Below the pieces are notes generated by a model. The model worked only from the letters and a program-made list of their open reading frames with translations, made no database searches and was not told the DNA's origin. Of a stretch of DNA of 64,000 bases, positions 12,901-25,605 are shown piece after piece; the stretch's first letter is position 1, and each line of letters opens with the position of its first letter. Made by a program: the position numbers and the translations under genes. The stretch covers positions 22,692,001-22,756,000 of the forward strand of contig JAQFVV010000003.1 of assembly GCA_028023455.1 (NCBI GenBank), in the 5' to 3' direction. Source of the DNA: Epiperipatus broadwayi. Its lineage: Eukaryota > Animalia > Onychophora.

Positions 12901-15900
12901 TCAGAGATCAGGCCTTGGCCCCTACTGATATTGTAGATATTTGGATTCTGATCACTCTTCCAACACTATTGTGATATACAAATCATAATCTGAATTGGAT
13001 TTTATTTTTTAAATACATTTAAAAACTTAAATTATATATATATATATTAAATGTAATTAATGCTTAATTTCTGTAAAAAGTATTTCAATTAATTTCTATT
13101 ATCTTGAAGTTCTTTTTATTTCAATAATAGATGTAATGTAATTTTTATTTTATTTTTGTTTGTTTATTCAAATATATAGGCATGTATATAGATAAAAAAG
13201 GAAAAAAGTGTTCATCAGTTTTAGTATTGTAACTGCTATTTATGCTTTATCAAGTTACTTTGAAATTAAATATTGAAGCTATTTTTCACATATAGTTTTG
13301 AAAAGAGTAGAAATCATCTCTGCCATATTAGAATCGATGCTTTGTTGCAATGAAAGAGATTTTATTTACACCTATGTCTCATTTGAAGTTCAGTCAGGAT
13401 AATGTCACTAATCAAACTATAACATTAAGAGTTACTAGACATAAATGTATATTTGTATAGTATAATTTTGATAGAATGGCTGATACAATGTGATTGGCAA
13501 TGGATGGATGTTTGGTCATTTCAATATTTACATAATAAATATATATAATTTATCTTAAACAAAATATTAAAAATCAACCAATCATTTTATTATTTAAATG
13601 TAAACAGAAATTAAAATTTCATCTGCTTAATTCCAACTTTCAAAATTAAACATTTAATCAATATTAAATTACCTTCTAATGTCTTTTTTTTTCTTAATAT
13701 TGAAATTGATAGGAATCCATACAATAAAAATGAGTTTTTATTTTTTTAAAACATTTCAAAAGCAAGTTTTTTCAATTCATTTTTAAATAATTCATGTAAA
13801 ATTTTCTACTTCTAATGTCAGTTAATTTCTATTTCCAAATTATATAATTTTATAAAAAATAACATTGATTAAATCCTAATCAATAATTAGAGTTTAATAA
13901 AAATGTAATAGAAATAATACCTTTAATTTGCAAAGAAAATTATTTTCAAAAATTATATTACATTGAAAAGCTGTTATCTGAATGTGACATGTGTTTACTA
14001 GGATCTAAAAACAACTATTATCAAAACAAATAACAAAATTTACAGATTTTCAACATAATTTTAAAAAGTGATTAAAATGCCATGAAATTCTTATATAAAG
14101 ATTTTTTTCAATTCAATAGTTGTTTCCTTACTAACATGAATCTTGGAAACAATCTTATAATTTCTTACATTACATTTTTTTGTCAAGTAGTATTACTACA
14201 ATCCTACTCCCAATTAATATGATAGTTATAATACAAAGATAATATGTAAGGTCTTAAGTAAAATAATTCTATTCCAAAACAGTGGCATATAAAATAATTT
14301 GAATAAAAATCTAATAACTGGTCCTTAGATTTGTAACATATCTATGATTATTTAGAAATAGTTTTCTTAAAAGAATTTGTTGCTGTTGCTTAATTTAAAT
14401 AAAGTAATCTAATAAGATTGTACAATATATATTATATAAATTTATCTTAAAAAGTAAAAGTTATAAAAAATAAGGCAGAGCATTTGAATGTCTAGGTAAA
14501 AATAGTATTTATATCTTTGTACTTTATTAAAAATCTATATCAAAAATTACATTGATATAATAATTTCTAACATCATAATAAACATTGGGATATTTGTAGA
14601 TAAATAGTTCTTATAAGTATATGCTAAAGAATATCTTATTATTAAAGTAAAATTATATAATATACATCAATAATTACAGATTGTGCCAAGTAGAATTGTG
14701 AAAGCCTACATGCTGATAAATGGTTGTCATAAATTAAAAAGGCCATTAGCATAGTTTATCCAGTCTTTAACAATCGTTTAAAATACAAGAAAATTTATAT
14801 AGATTATATAATGTACATCAATTGTAAAGTTCTATATATATACACACATGTGCATAGCTAAGGAAAGAAAGGTCTAAATTTTCATCATTCTAACTAGCCT
14901 GCTAAATACTGTCTTGCTACTGAACAGAACTTTATTCAGAGATAGACTACTAAAAGGAAATGATTTCAATTGTATCTTAACTTAACATATTTAGTCAGAA
15001 AGATATATATAAATCATGAATAGTACACTTTAATTAAAAAAAAAAAAAAAAAGTCACTTCTTCAAATAGAAAATGTATATGCAAATCGAAGTTGGATATG
15101 CAAAAGAAATTAAAAAAGAATAAATAAATAAATAAATTTCATAATATTTGAAAAAATCAATTTAAATAAATAATTCTATTAGAATTGGTGTTGAAATAGA
15201 AAATTAGATCTATTAATCCTATATATCAATACAGAAAAATAAAAGTGGAACGATTTTTCTAAAAATATACATTATAAATAAATATTATTTTCTATAATTA
15301 GTCATTATATATTTACTACTTAACTGACCCATTCAAAAAAATATTAAATAAAATAACCAGTTCTAAGATATTAACAAATAGCATTTTTAATATTAAAAGC
15401 AATGCATCAGTTGTTGCAAACAGATTCTAAAGACAGGCAAAATAAATTCACATTGATATAGGAAAGGGTAATTGTATTTTCAAGTTTATTTTAAAATGAT
15501 TCTTTAGACTCTGCTTGCAATTTGTCATAATTACACATTTGGCTATGACTGTTCCATGAAGTATTTATATTCCTACACATTACATATTTGATCAGCAATA
15601 AAAATCTTTATACATGGTTTACATATATGTGGAGTTTTGAGATTAACTCCCCTTCCTCTATAGAATCAGTCACACTGTGTTTTTGCAGAAACTTCTCTTT
15701 GTTGTCAATTAATTGATCTTTATCCAAGTCACTATTTAAATCATCTAATACAATACTTTACTTATTTGGTTCCATAATTCAACAAGATGCTAAATACGTT
15801 ATCCTGCAAGTTCTATATATCCGATGGGTTTTTGATAAATTTAATGAGTCGTGGAATATCTAAATCTTTGAAAACACTGTTGAGAATCAATTTTGATAAT

Positions 15901-17199
15901 AATGGCAACTCATGATAAAAGGGGAGCAATGAGCACATATAAGTAATAACTAAATTAGTTTGTGCTTAGGCGCATGTTTGGACTTGCACTATGCTTTTCT
16001 AACAAGAAATAATACACATCAAACTTAACATTACATATTCAATAAAAATGATATTAGATGATTAGCTAGAATAAACATGGGTTAATTACCTGATAAAATT
16101 ATATCTTTGTATGACAAATTCTTGCTAATTAAAAAAAAAAAAAAGTTATGATTGGGTTAAAATCCTAAATCAAGAGCACTCTTGCTCAAAAGAACTAGTT
16201 ACTACAGCAAATGCAAATATTATTAAATATTTATTTTAATTAATCAAGATTGTGTTTTTTTAAATAGTACATTTCAATCGTTATTGATGTCCAAGCTTCT
16301 TTTTTTGTGTGTGTGATTTCTATGCAGAGAATTTGTTTTAGTAAAAAACAAGATTTCCAAAAATCAAAAAAAACAACAACATATTTTCAACATTAATGTA
16401 AAAATAAAGTGATAACCTGCTGAAAGATTACTATTTCCAAATGCAACATTATTGTTTATACAAATGTGTTGTAAAAATCAACTGATTATAGTAATTTATA
16501 ATTAAGATTTTACTCTTATATTTCAAATATAGAATAATAGAAAGATTAATATTGTTAATAAGTGCTTGCTAAAAAATACACATAACTGAAAGGCATGTGT
16601 ATTGGATAACATCTATCCTCATTTGACTAATTATTATAAGGAAATTCAAGCGCTGGTAATTTAAATTGAAACACTAAAATTTCTTTGTCAAAATAAATCT
16701 AGAGCTCTACCTACTAATAACTTCTTTAGTAAAAGAATGACTGGTGCAAAACATTGATGATATCTATTCTTTTTATAAAAAAGAGGAAGAAATTATAAGA
16801 CACTATACTTGGATGTCCTTTCTTTCATACTAATAACTCATTCAAATGCTTCATTCCTAAATGTACTAATTAACAACATATGTAAGGGGTTACTCCCAAA
16901 TTTTAGAATAACTATCTTCATCCTTTTAAACCCTTCGCTTTCTGAGATGTCATTTTATTTTCAATCCTATATCTCAAAAACTTCATTCACTAATTTTATA
17001 TAAGTTTAATTATAAAAGATATGTAACTTTCCCCAGATGAATGCAATATAAGTGTCAATTATGCACTGAAATGCAATCAAAGTTAAAACTATTATAGAAT
17101 AATGATAATACAAAGACACTAAGCGCTTTCAAGTTTTCTATGTCCTCAATGAACTCATGGTATTAAAATAACCTTGTAATATTGGTGTATATGTATATA

Positions 17200-18841
17200 T
17201 AGTCAAAATATATTCAAAGTTTATGCAGATTAGATAATCCATTTCTTAGAAAGAAAGAAGCAAAATTCCTTTTGGTTGATAGAATTGTAGTTATTAGCTA
17301 TACAGCAAGCTCCCTTGATTTTTAGCTTAAGATTTATTTCTCTTGATGTATGCGATAGTGGCCGACAAAGGCTCCAATGTATAACAAATGATGTTCTGGT
17401 GCTCCAAAAAAAATCCAGCTTATACAGGGTTTATCTGAAGCACTTCTATACAAATATCAGCATTGTGATAACCAGGTAGAGAGAGAGATGCATGTGATAG
17501 TGTAATATATAGCATTGCACCCTGCATGTGGGCATATAATCTTGTACACAGTGTTTAAGCATTAATCTATATCAAGTCTATCCTTGGAGTTGTTTAGAAA
17601 TTTGTTAGTTAAAGGAGGATTATATAGGCTTAAAATGCAATCACATTACAACAAGAGTTAAACAATTTTATCATAAAATGAATTCAGACCTGCCTAAAGA
17701 TGACAGTCTCTGGACCTACTTCCTTATATCTTTCAATCACCACAAATATTAACAACCTTCATTCCCTTCCCACCATCACTTTTGGTCAACCATAGGGGTT
17801 TCACCAAGATCTCTCTTATGCCAGCTCTGTAAAACCGACATAAAACCCTCCAGCACTTCCTATTCAACTTTCCTCGCACAGAAACACCATCTCCAATCTC
17901 CAAAGATCCATTGAAACAGGAGTCTTTGCAACTATCAGTTTTCCTCATCTATGCACTCTGCCTGCTCTGATGTGCTATTATTTTTGACCAGAGACTACAC
18001 TCAGTGAATCAAAAACTATTGGACCTAGCTCACTCTCTCAAAACCAGACCCCAAACTAGCCCCACCTCCATTCCTCACAGACACCTGGGTAATCCATCTA
18101 CTCCCATTCTCCCAGCCTCTGTCATAGGACTCATCCAATTAAATGTTTGCGACCATGCGATCACTCACTCAACGGGAACGTGCACCTTGGACTTGCAACC
18201 AAAGACTTTTCTTGCCTGGACTACATACCCTTTCCCTTCTCATATGTATCCTTCCCCTTTTTCATCATGTTGTTCCTGAATTTCATTTTATCATGTAATC
18301 ACTTCTTTGTAAACCTTTTTTAACTGTATTTGTATCTGCTTTTTTAATGAATAAACTTTCATCACTGAGAAAAAAAAAAGTATTAACAAAACACTCTCAC
18401 CAACACATCGCATGTTACCACACCCTCCTTCAATTAACCTGTTTGATAAGCAACTCCAAGAATAGATGATGCAAATCAAACCCCAAATACCATATACAAG
18501 ATAATATACTCATATGCATGGTGCAATGCTATATATTATGGTGAGTCATATGCATTCCTTTTCCACTTAACTTTCACAACATCAACATCTGTATAGAAGG
18601 GCCTCGGATAAGCCCGAGCATAAGTCAATTTTCTTGGAGCATCAGAACATCACAGGCCATACATTTGAGCCTTCATCAGCCCCATTGCATGCATTGAGAG
18701 AAATGACTCTAAGCAAAAGATCAAGGAAGTCTGATATGTAGCTAATAACTACAATTCTATCAACCAAAAGGAATTTTGCATCCCCCTTTCTAAGAAATGG
18801 ACTATCTAATCTGCATAAACTTTGAATATCTTTCGATTACA
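17200..18841. mobile_element. Foldback/MITE-like DNA element with ~420-bp inverted arms, interrupted by a LINE fragment
   Basis: 17200-~17625 is the reverse complement of ~18420-18841. The outer ~100 bp are nearly identical (TAGCTAATAACTACAATTCTATCAACCAAAAGGAATTTTGC..CTTTCTAAGAAATGGA.TATCTAATCTGCATAAACTTTGAATAT) and the inner arms are more diverged. Both ends lie in TA-rich flanks. Confidence 0.8.
17700..18379 (+). mobile_element. 5'-truncated LINE 3' end with AATAAA and poly(A), nested inside the foldback element
   Basis: C/A-rich composition unlike the flanks, broken RT C-terminus-like reading (NLQRSI..HLCTLCLL..FDQRLHS), AATAAA at ~18350 and A10 at 18370-18379. Clade not assignable. Confidence 0.55.
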
Positions 18842-20899
18842 TATACACATATATTCCATGGTCATTCTAATGCTATGAGTATGAGGACATAGAAAGTCCT
18901 TGGATGTTCTTAGCTGCTTTTGTATTATCGTGATTCTATTATAGCTTTTCCTTTTATTGCGCTTCAGCACATAATTTATATTTAAATACATTTAATAAAA
19001 TAAAAATCAGATCATGCTTTGTCACTACTGGGCGCATGCACAACCATTTCGAGTATGAACTTATTACCAGCATCAAAGGGATTCTCCCCCTCCATACATA
19101 CATATATCACTTTAGTAAAAATTATTAAATTTTCAAATATGTATAACTTTATGTACGGATATTTATTTTTACTTTTATTATATTTATAAGTTTTGAAATT
19201 ATAAATGTAATCAATGTTAGTATTTCCTATATTTAATTGCATAAACATGTACTAATTGTAAATAAAATCATTGTATTCTATATCAATGAAGTTTACTTTG
19301 AAACTAAAAAGATACACATATGAAGTAAATTTGTATATTGTGCTTTTGACTAATCAGGTAAATGGAGATTTTAATTAAGCAATCACTTTCTAATTATTTT
19401 TTTGTAAAGTTCTTGATTACAAATTTATAAAACTTATTATTTATTTAAATCCACTTTACAAGCAGTCCAATACTAAACTTTATTGACATCTAGAAAATAT
19501 AGTACAGACATGACTGATTTAAGAAATTTAATTTAAAACATAAATTCTTAATTATTTTTTTTAATATAAATCAATAAAAAAATTCTACAATACAGTAAAT
19601 GTCGATTGAAGACATTTAAAGTTTTAATTTTTGATTAAAAATGACATGAAATAAAAAAAATAATTATAGCAATGCAGTTTTTAATTTTACAATTGATTTC
19701 TTACATTCTTTTTTTTTTTTTTTTGTAAGAATTATATTAAAAAATTTAACTTAATATGGTATTTTTAGATCGTTGTATTATTAAACAAAATGATAATAAA
19801 GCTAATAGAACAATTATTGATTATAAAATATAATTCAAGACTTTCTAATAATTAACATTAAACAATATAATTATTAATATTAAACAATACAATAACATCT
19901 TATTGATAGGTTTTAAAATGTTCATTTATACACCTAAATATAAATGTGTATATTTGATTTGCAAATAGATATAGTAGACATCAATTTTTTTTCCGAACTC
20001 CCCTGCATCCACTCCTCCGGTGATCTTCACTGTCGCTATGCCGGTAAATGACTTTGGACATCATGCACAGTCACAATAGTAATATTCAAGACTATCCATC
20101 TATTGATATCACTGTATAAATGGTTTTTTATATATTTTTATGAACCCCCCCCCAAAAAAAAAAAAACAACAACAACATTTAATCCATATTTATAATAGTA
20201 AAACTCTATCATATAGAATTTTAAAGTGGTTATAGCATATCCAGATTACCTAATAAGAGAAGTTGTATAAAAAATCACTGAATTGCAGTTTTGAGCAGTT
20301 GCATTTGTAATTACAAAAAAGTATGTGACTAAAACATTCCACAGTAATTAAAGTTTTGGAAGATCAAAAATCTAGACTTAGGATAAAATCAGATTACATA
20401 AATTAACCAAATTCTGAAAAATATCTATCAAAGATTAATATTGATAAGCGATAATGATTTCATATTTTCAAAACTTATACAGCAGTTTTGATATTTTGTT
20501 GATTAAAATGGACAGCTAAGGGAATATAATTAAATGAAGATTATTTATGTCATCTAGATGGTTCAAATGATGTGGACATTTTAATAAATAATATATCAAG
20601 AGTTTTAAAAAATGTTGCAAGAATTATGAGATAAAAGCAGGAAAGTAGAATTAAAGGTAAATGCTAAAAAGATTAGAATAATGTTCAATAACTTTTTTTT
20701 TAAAAAAGAAGAAAATAAAAATTGAAATAACCTATTATGGGGGGGGGGGGGGGCTATGTGTTTGAAAAGGAAAACTTTTAATAAATATATTTTATCACTG
20801 ACTAGGCATGAATCTGAGACTTGTATCCTTGATAGAAGAATAATAAGATTTCAGACCATATTGAGAAGAGTATAATTTGTGAATAACAAAAAAAAAAAT

Positions 20900-21100
20900 A
20901 AAAAAATAGAGATATGGATGAATATCACTTGAAGAATTAAGAAGATGACCTAAAGCTTGACAGACATTTTGCTAAAAAGATGACAATAAACAGACAGTTA
21001 AAACTTTAAACTGGACCTCAATAAAGACTTAGAAAAAGACCATGAATAAAATGAGTAGATAAAAAAGTTCATTAAAGTTAAATAAAAATTCAGAATCTAT
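20900..21100 (+). mobile_element. Decayed RTE-like LINE 3' fragment
   Basis: Frameshifted remnants of RR..KLAGH.A..DDNRTVK..NWT at ~20940-21020. Confidence 0.45.
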
Positions 21101-21129
21101 AGATTGAAGAAGCAGTATGACCTAGCAAC

Positions 21130-21440
21130 AATAAAGTTACAAGACTCTTCATTGGCACATTTTTTACAATGGTGAAATCAATCCAGCTCATTGCTTAATT
21201 GTGCTCTTCCTTTTACAATGTTTTAAGCAAGAATTCAGGCTAATCTGATCAAACATTTATCTATTCATTTTCTTTACTATTCTCAAAAGATTTTGACACC
21301 GCCATATCTCAATATTTTTCCAATTCACCTTCTTCAATGTCCAGATTTCACATCTATAAAGAAATACAGAGAATGCCATATCTTCATTTTTAAAGATATC
21401 TTCATAGTATCTGAAAATCTTTTCCAGACTTTTCACTACA
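21130..21440 (-). mobile_element. Decayed RTE (BovB-like) LINE 3' fragment
   Basis: Minus translation SVFLYRCEIWTLKK..IEIW..LLRI (~21270-21370) matches RTE LYGCETWTLKK..EMWC.RRLLRI. Confidence 0.7.
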
Positions 21441-22367
21441 ATTCTGTAGTGATTATATATAATTGCAATAATAATATTTAAAAAAAGGAATTCATTTCTT
21501 TAAGTTTTTTATTATTTTTCAACTTAATTTTATTACTACTATTTATGATCCAGTGTTCAAATATGAGTGAAACTTTTTTCAGATAGTTGAGAATTTTTCA
21601 AGCAAGTTTAGAAATTTTAAAGTAGCAAATTTATCTATTCTTAGATAAGGGTAAGATCCCAAGATAGTGTGGTTGCAAAGATGAATGTCAGTGTGTTGAT
21701 CTTAATAATACAAGACAGCCATCACAACTGATATAGAAAACATCACACACTAAATCCATAATTTATCATTATTGCTTGACTTAAAAACAATCTTCTATGA
21801 TATTTACATAATCATATTTAAATTCATTGTGATAAGAACTATCATTGAAACATCAATCAAAAACGAATTTTTCAAATTAAGTTTTGAAAAATGATTATGA
21901 AAATTTTACAGTTTGGATTAGGTTTGGAGAAAATTTGTGATATTTCTTTCTTTTTGAGAAAGTTATAATTTAAAAAGTGAAAACTTCATACTGGCTCCTA
22001 AACTTTCAATTGCTATTATAAAATATTCATGTGGCAATTTTTTTTCTTATGTATAAAGACAGCAAACCATTCATGTGGAGATCAATAATTATGATTGCTA
22101 TTACAGATATATAATGCATGACATCAAGATTCTTTGTTGACAATTCAATAACCTTGTAATTATTTTCTTCAAGAGAGATGATTATTCAGCAAAAATTTTT
22201 TTGAACACCTAGTAAAGCAACAATAGTAATCAAGGGTCTTTTCAAAACTATCCAACAGTAAACTTTTTATGCAAGAGTGGTCTACCTTCTCTCTTTGCAT
22301 ATGGCAAAAAAAAAAAACCCACTTTTCTATGAAAATATTGAATATTATTATATATAATTATATCTCA

Positions 22368-22699
22368 TAAAATCAGTCAACATTTAAACAATCCTAATAT
22401 CAATAACAATCAACAATCTCAACCTGTTGTCATGGTAATCTTCTTTTAACAATAATTGACTATTTATAAGTCTGCATTCAGAACAGGCTATATTTACTGT
22501 TTAAGGAAATTAATTTACACTTCTTTGTATCAATAATTTCAATCTCTGTGGTCAAGATGCAATATTTACTGTCTATACAAATACATTGCACCGTAAAGGT
22601 AAGATTCTACCTTTATTGTTAAAGGCAGTTGCCTTGATAACAGTTTGAGATTGTTGATTGTTATTGATATTGGGATTGTTTAAGTGTTGACTGATTTTA
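22368..22699. mobile_element. MITE-like element with ~90-bp terminal inverted repeats
   Basis: TAAAATCAGTCAACATTTAAACAATCCTAATATCAATAACAATCAACAATCTCAA.CTGTT is mirrored at ~22610-22699. Confidence 0.75.
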
Positions 22700-22751
22700 A
22701 TGATTACTTACAAACCCATTTAACTTTGAGCATTATTACATTTATAATATA

Positions 22752-22873
22752 CAGGTTGAAACAAAAGTAGGTGGATAGTAAATGATAACATTTATTTTGA
22801 GATTGCATATATAGTCATATTACATATACAAACTCTATTCTTCCTATTGTCCCCCTACTTTTGGTTCATCCTG
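22752..22873. mobile_element. Tc1/mariner-type miniature element (122 bp) with TA target duplication
   Basis: Left TA|CAGGTTGAAACAAAAGTAGGTGGATA versus right (reverse complement) TA|CAGGATGAACCAAAAGTAGGGGGACA. Confidence 0.75.
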
Positions 22874-24671
22874 TATATGTACAAACTCTTATAATACTGC
22901 CCATTTTCTTAAACTCATTATAAATAGTTGTAAATGCAGAGACAGAAATGCTTCTTGCATATAACAAAATAAATATGTAATCTAGTGAGTGTGCAAAAAA
23001 AAGGAAGAAATTCCTTACACTCATAATACATAATTGTAAATATATTGCAACAAGAATGTCTCCAGAAAAACAACAAAAAGAATATATATAGTCTGCTTCC
23101 AGGGCAGGTTATATTTTCTTATTTAATGAGATTTAATTAAACTTCTTTGAATTAATATCACTCTCTTTAATCAAGTTGATATCTTTAGTGTCTATATAAA
23201 CATATTAAATCATGAATATAGATGGATATTCACCTTGAATGTTAATGATAACTGGTATGTTTTAAGTGGGGACTGCTTTCATGTATTTATATATCTGGGA
23301 TCTGAGCTAAAATAAACCGAGAGAAAAATATAATTTGAAAATATATATATAAAGGAAATGGAGAAATGTTCTCTTACCCAAAAGTATTTACATAAATATT
23401 AATAAACTTTAAGATGACCATTAATTAAATAAGCAAGCATTATTGCTAGTTTAAAATAAATTATTTAAAAATAGTAAAATAAAAAATCTAGACTGATAAG
23501 TGAATTATTTAGTTTTTTCTGATTCTAACAAAAGTCAATAGCTAGATTATTAATTTGTTACAAAGGAAAAATATTATTTTTATAAAAAGAAAATTGACAT
23601 ATTTTATATACAATTAATTAAAATTAATTTACATGTTTAGTTAAAAAATGTTCTGAAATAGTCACTGGAAATTATAAAAGATTCATCCCCTCCCCACCAA
23701 AAAGGAACTAATTCCTGTGTACAAAAGAAATTCGAATTAATAAATTATTTCTACTCCAAATTAAAAATAATATAAACTTTTTTTTTTTTGCAGCATGATT
23801 GTAAAAAAAAATGTATTATTAAAATTATCTTACTATTTATTAAATAAGAAAAAACAGTACTTATGTATTAGTCCTATGACAAAGCACATATTAAACCTGT
23901 CATACCTTTTTACATCCAAGATAAATGTGTAACATTGCGAGTAGGTCAAATAAATCCAAGCAAACTCTACTATGTTGTTATCAAGATCTCATCCATCTCC
24001 GATCTGTTTTTTTTTTTCCAAAACCAATTTTTTTTTTGCCCACTTTTTGTCAAGTTTTCATTCTAACAACAGCTTGATTTCAATTGCATTGCATTTTTTA
24101 TTCATAGTTAATGTTCATTTCAATTTCATTGTTGCTTAATTCATTTAATTTTAAGTGAGTAAATAACTGTACTTTCACAAAACATCAAAAGACTTTGGGG
24201 TTCAGTGAAATGGCATAATAAGCACAGTAAGGAACATCACAGCAACAACTGGATTCATATTTGCCCAAATTTAGTGTAGTTATCATAAAGATGACAATGC
24301 ATTCATTTGCACAATGAACAAAATAAAAAAAATTGGCTGCCAATATGTGTTATATTTTCTTACTTTATGAAAAATTTTGCTTTTTTTTTTAAAAAAAAAA
24401 TTCATTTATTACTGACAAAATTCCATTCAGGCGATATACTGTGCAATCACGTGTTCATTATGGAGGGAAAATTTTTTACTTGAACTCTCCATTTTGCTTG
24501 GAAAATTTTGATTGACTTATAATAAAACACAAGAGACAACTTAGATTTATTCATTGTGACAATTTCTGTTATATATTTCACAGTAAGTAACATATGCGTA
24601 TATTTTATGCTTTTTTAAATAATATTTTAGCCAATTAGTCATTGTTTTGTCCATAATGGTACCTAATAATT

Positions 24672-25285
24672 TTTTTGCTGAAACTCATATCTTTAGTATC
24701 ACTATAAATTTTATACTTTTTCATGTAAAGGTTGTATATATTTCTGTTCAATATCATTTAGTATTGTTATAAATGTATATTCCTCACCATGTTTTAAATT
24801 TTTTGCTGTAAAGTCTTACAAAGGTACTTTTTAAGACCGGTGATCTTTTTTTGCTGAAATTTATATATCATTAGTATTGTTATAAATTTTACACTTTTTC
24901 TTGTAAATGTCATACATATTCCTGTTTAATATCATTTAGTATTGTTATAAATGTATATTCCTCACCATGTTTTAAATTTTTTCCTGTAAAAAAGCATATA
25001 AATATACTTTTTAAGATTGGTGACTTTTTTTTTTTATGAAATTCATATTATTAGTATTATTATAAATTTTATACTTTTTCATATAAATGTTGTATATATT
25101 CCTGTTTAATATCATTTAGTATTGTTAAAAATGTATATTCCTCACCATGTTTTAAATTATTTTCTGTAAAAAGTGATGTAAATGTACTTTTTAAGATCGG
25201 TGATTTTTTTTTTTGCTGAAATTGATATCTTTAGTATTATTATATTTTTTCGAGTAAATGTCGTATATATATTTCTGTTTTTTTG
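24672..25285. repeat. Tandem repeat, ~3.4 copies of a 178-180-bp unit
   Basis: Anchor CCTCACCATGTTTTAAATT recurs at 24782, 24960 and 25140 (spacings 178 and 180). TTTAGTATTGTTATAAAT-like sub-repeat occurs twice per unit. Confidence 0.9.
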
Positions 25286-25333
25286 GGGGGTAAATTACAC
25301 TCCAAATTGTTAATATTTTTTGTGTGAAATTAG

Positions 25334-25605
25334 TATTAGTCCTGTGACATGGAGCATGTATTAGACATGCTGTGCCTTTTCACATACGTATTCAACTTGC
25401 CAATAATTTTGTAAATCTTGGGAAAATATCATGTACAAAAGATCCATGTACATGTTATTTTTGTAAATTTTTGTGAAAATATCATGTACAAGATCCATGT
25501 ACAGGTTATTTTGGTCAGATCACAAGATTGCAAAGTTATCAGCAGATTAGTACGAATGTGAAAAGGTGCAGCATGTCTAATACATGCTGTGTCACAGGAC
25601 TAATA
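25334..25605. mobile_element. MITE-like element with ~55-bp TIRs and an internal ~50-bp direct duplication
   Basis: TATTAGTCCTGTGACA..GCATGTATTAGACATGCTG..CCTTTTCACAT.CGTA is mirrored at ~25551-25605. Internal GAAAATATCATGTACAA(AA)GATCCATGTACA.GTTATTT occurs twice. Confidence 0.8.

Noticed and set aside
19012-19100. ENPFDAG resembling the DHHC palmitoyltransferase NPFDxG motif
   Set aside because: Downstream residues do not fit, and no DHHC exon or suitable splice sites were seen.
20739-20753. G15 run (and C9 at ~20145) as a G-quadruplex or inverted pair
   Set aside because: Simple homopolymers whose length is unreliable, with no flanking homology between them.
24672-25285. CRISPR-like array
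   Set aside because: Units are full-length tandem copies without unique spacers, the context is eukaryotic, and there are no cas genes.
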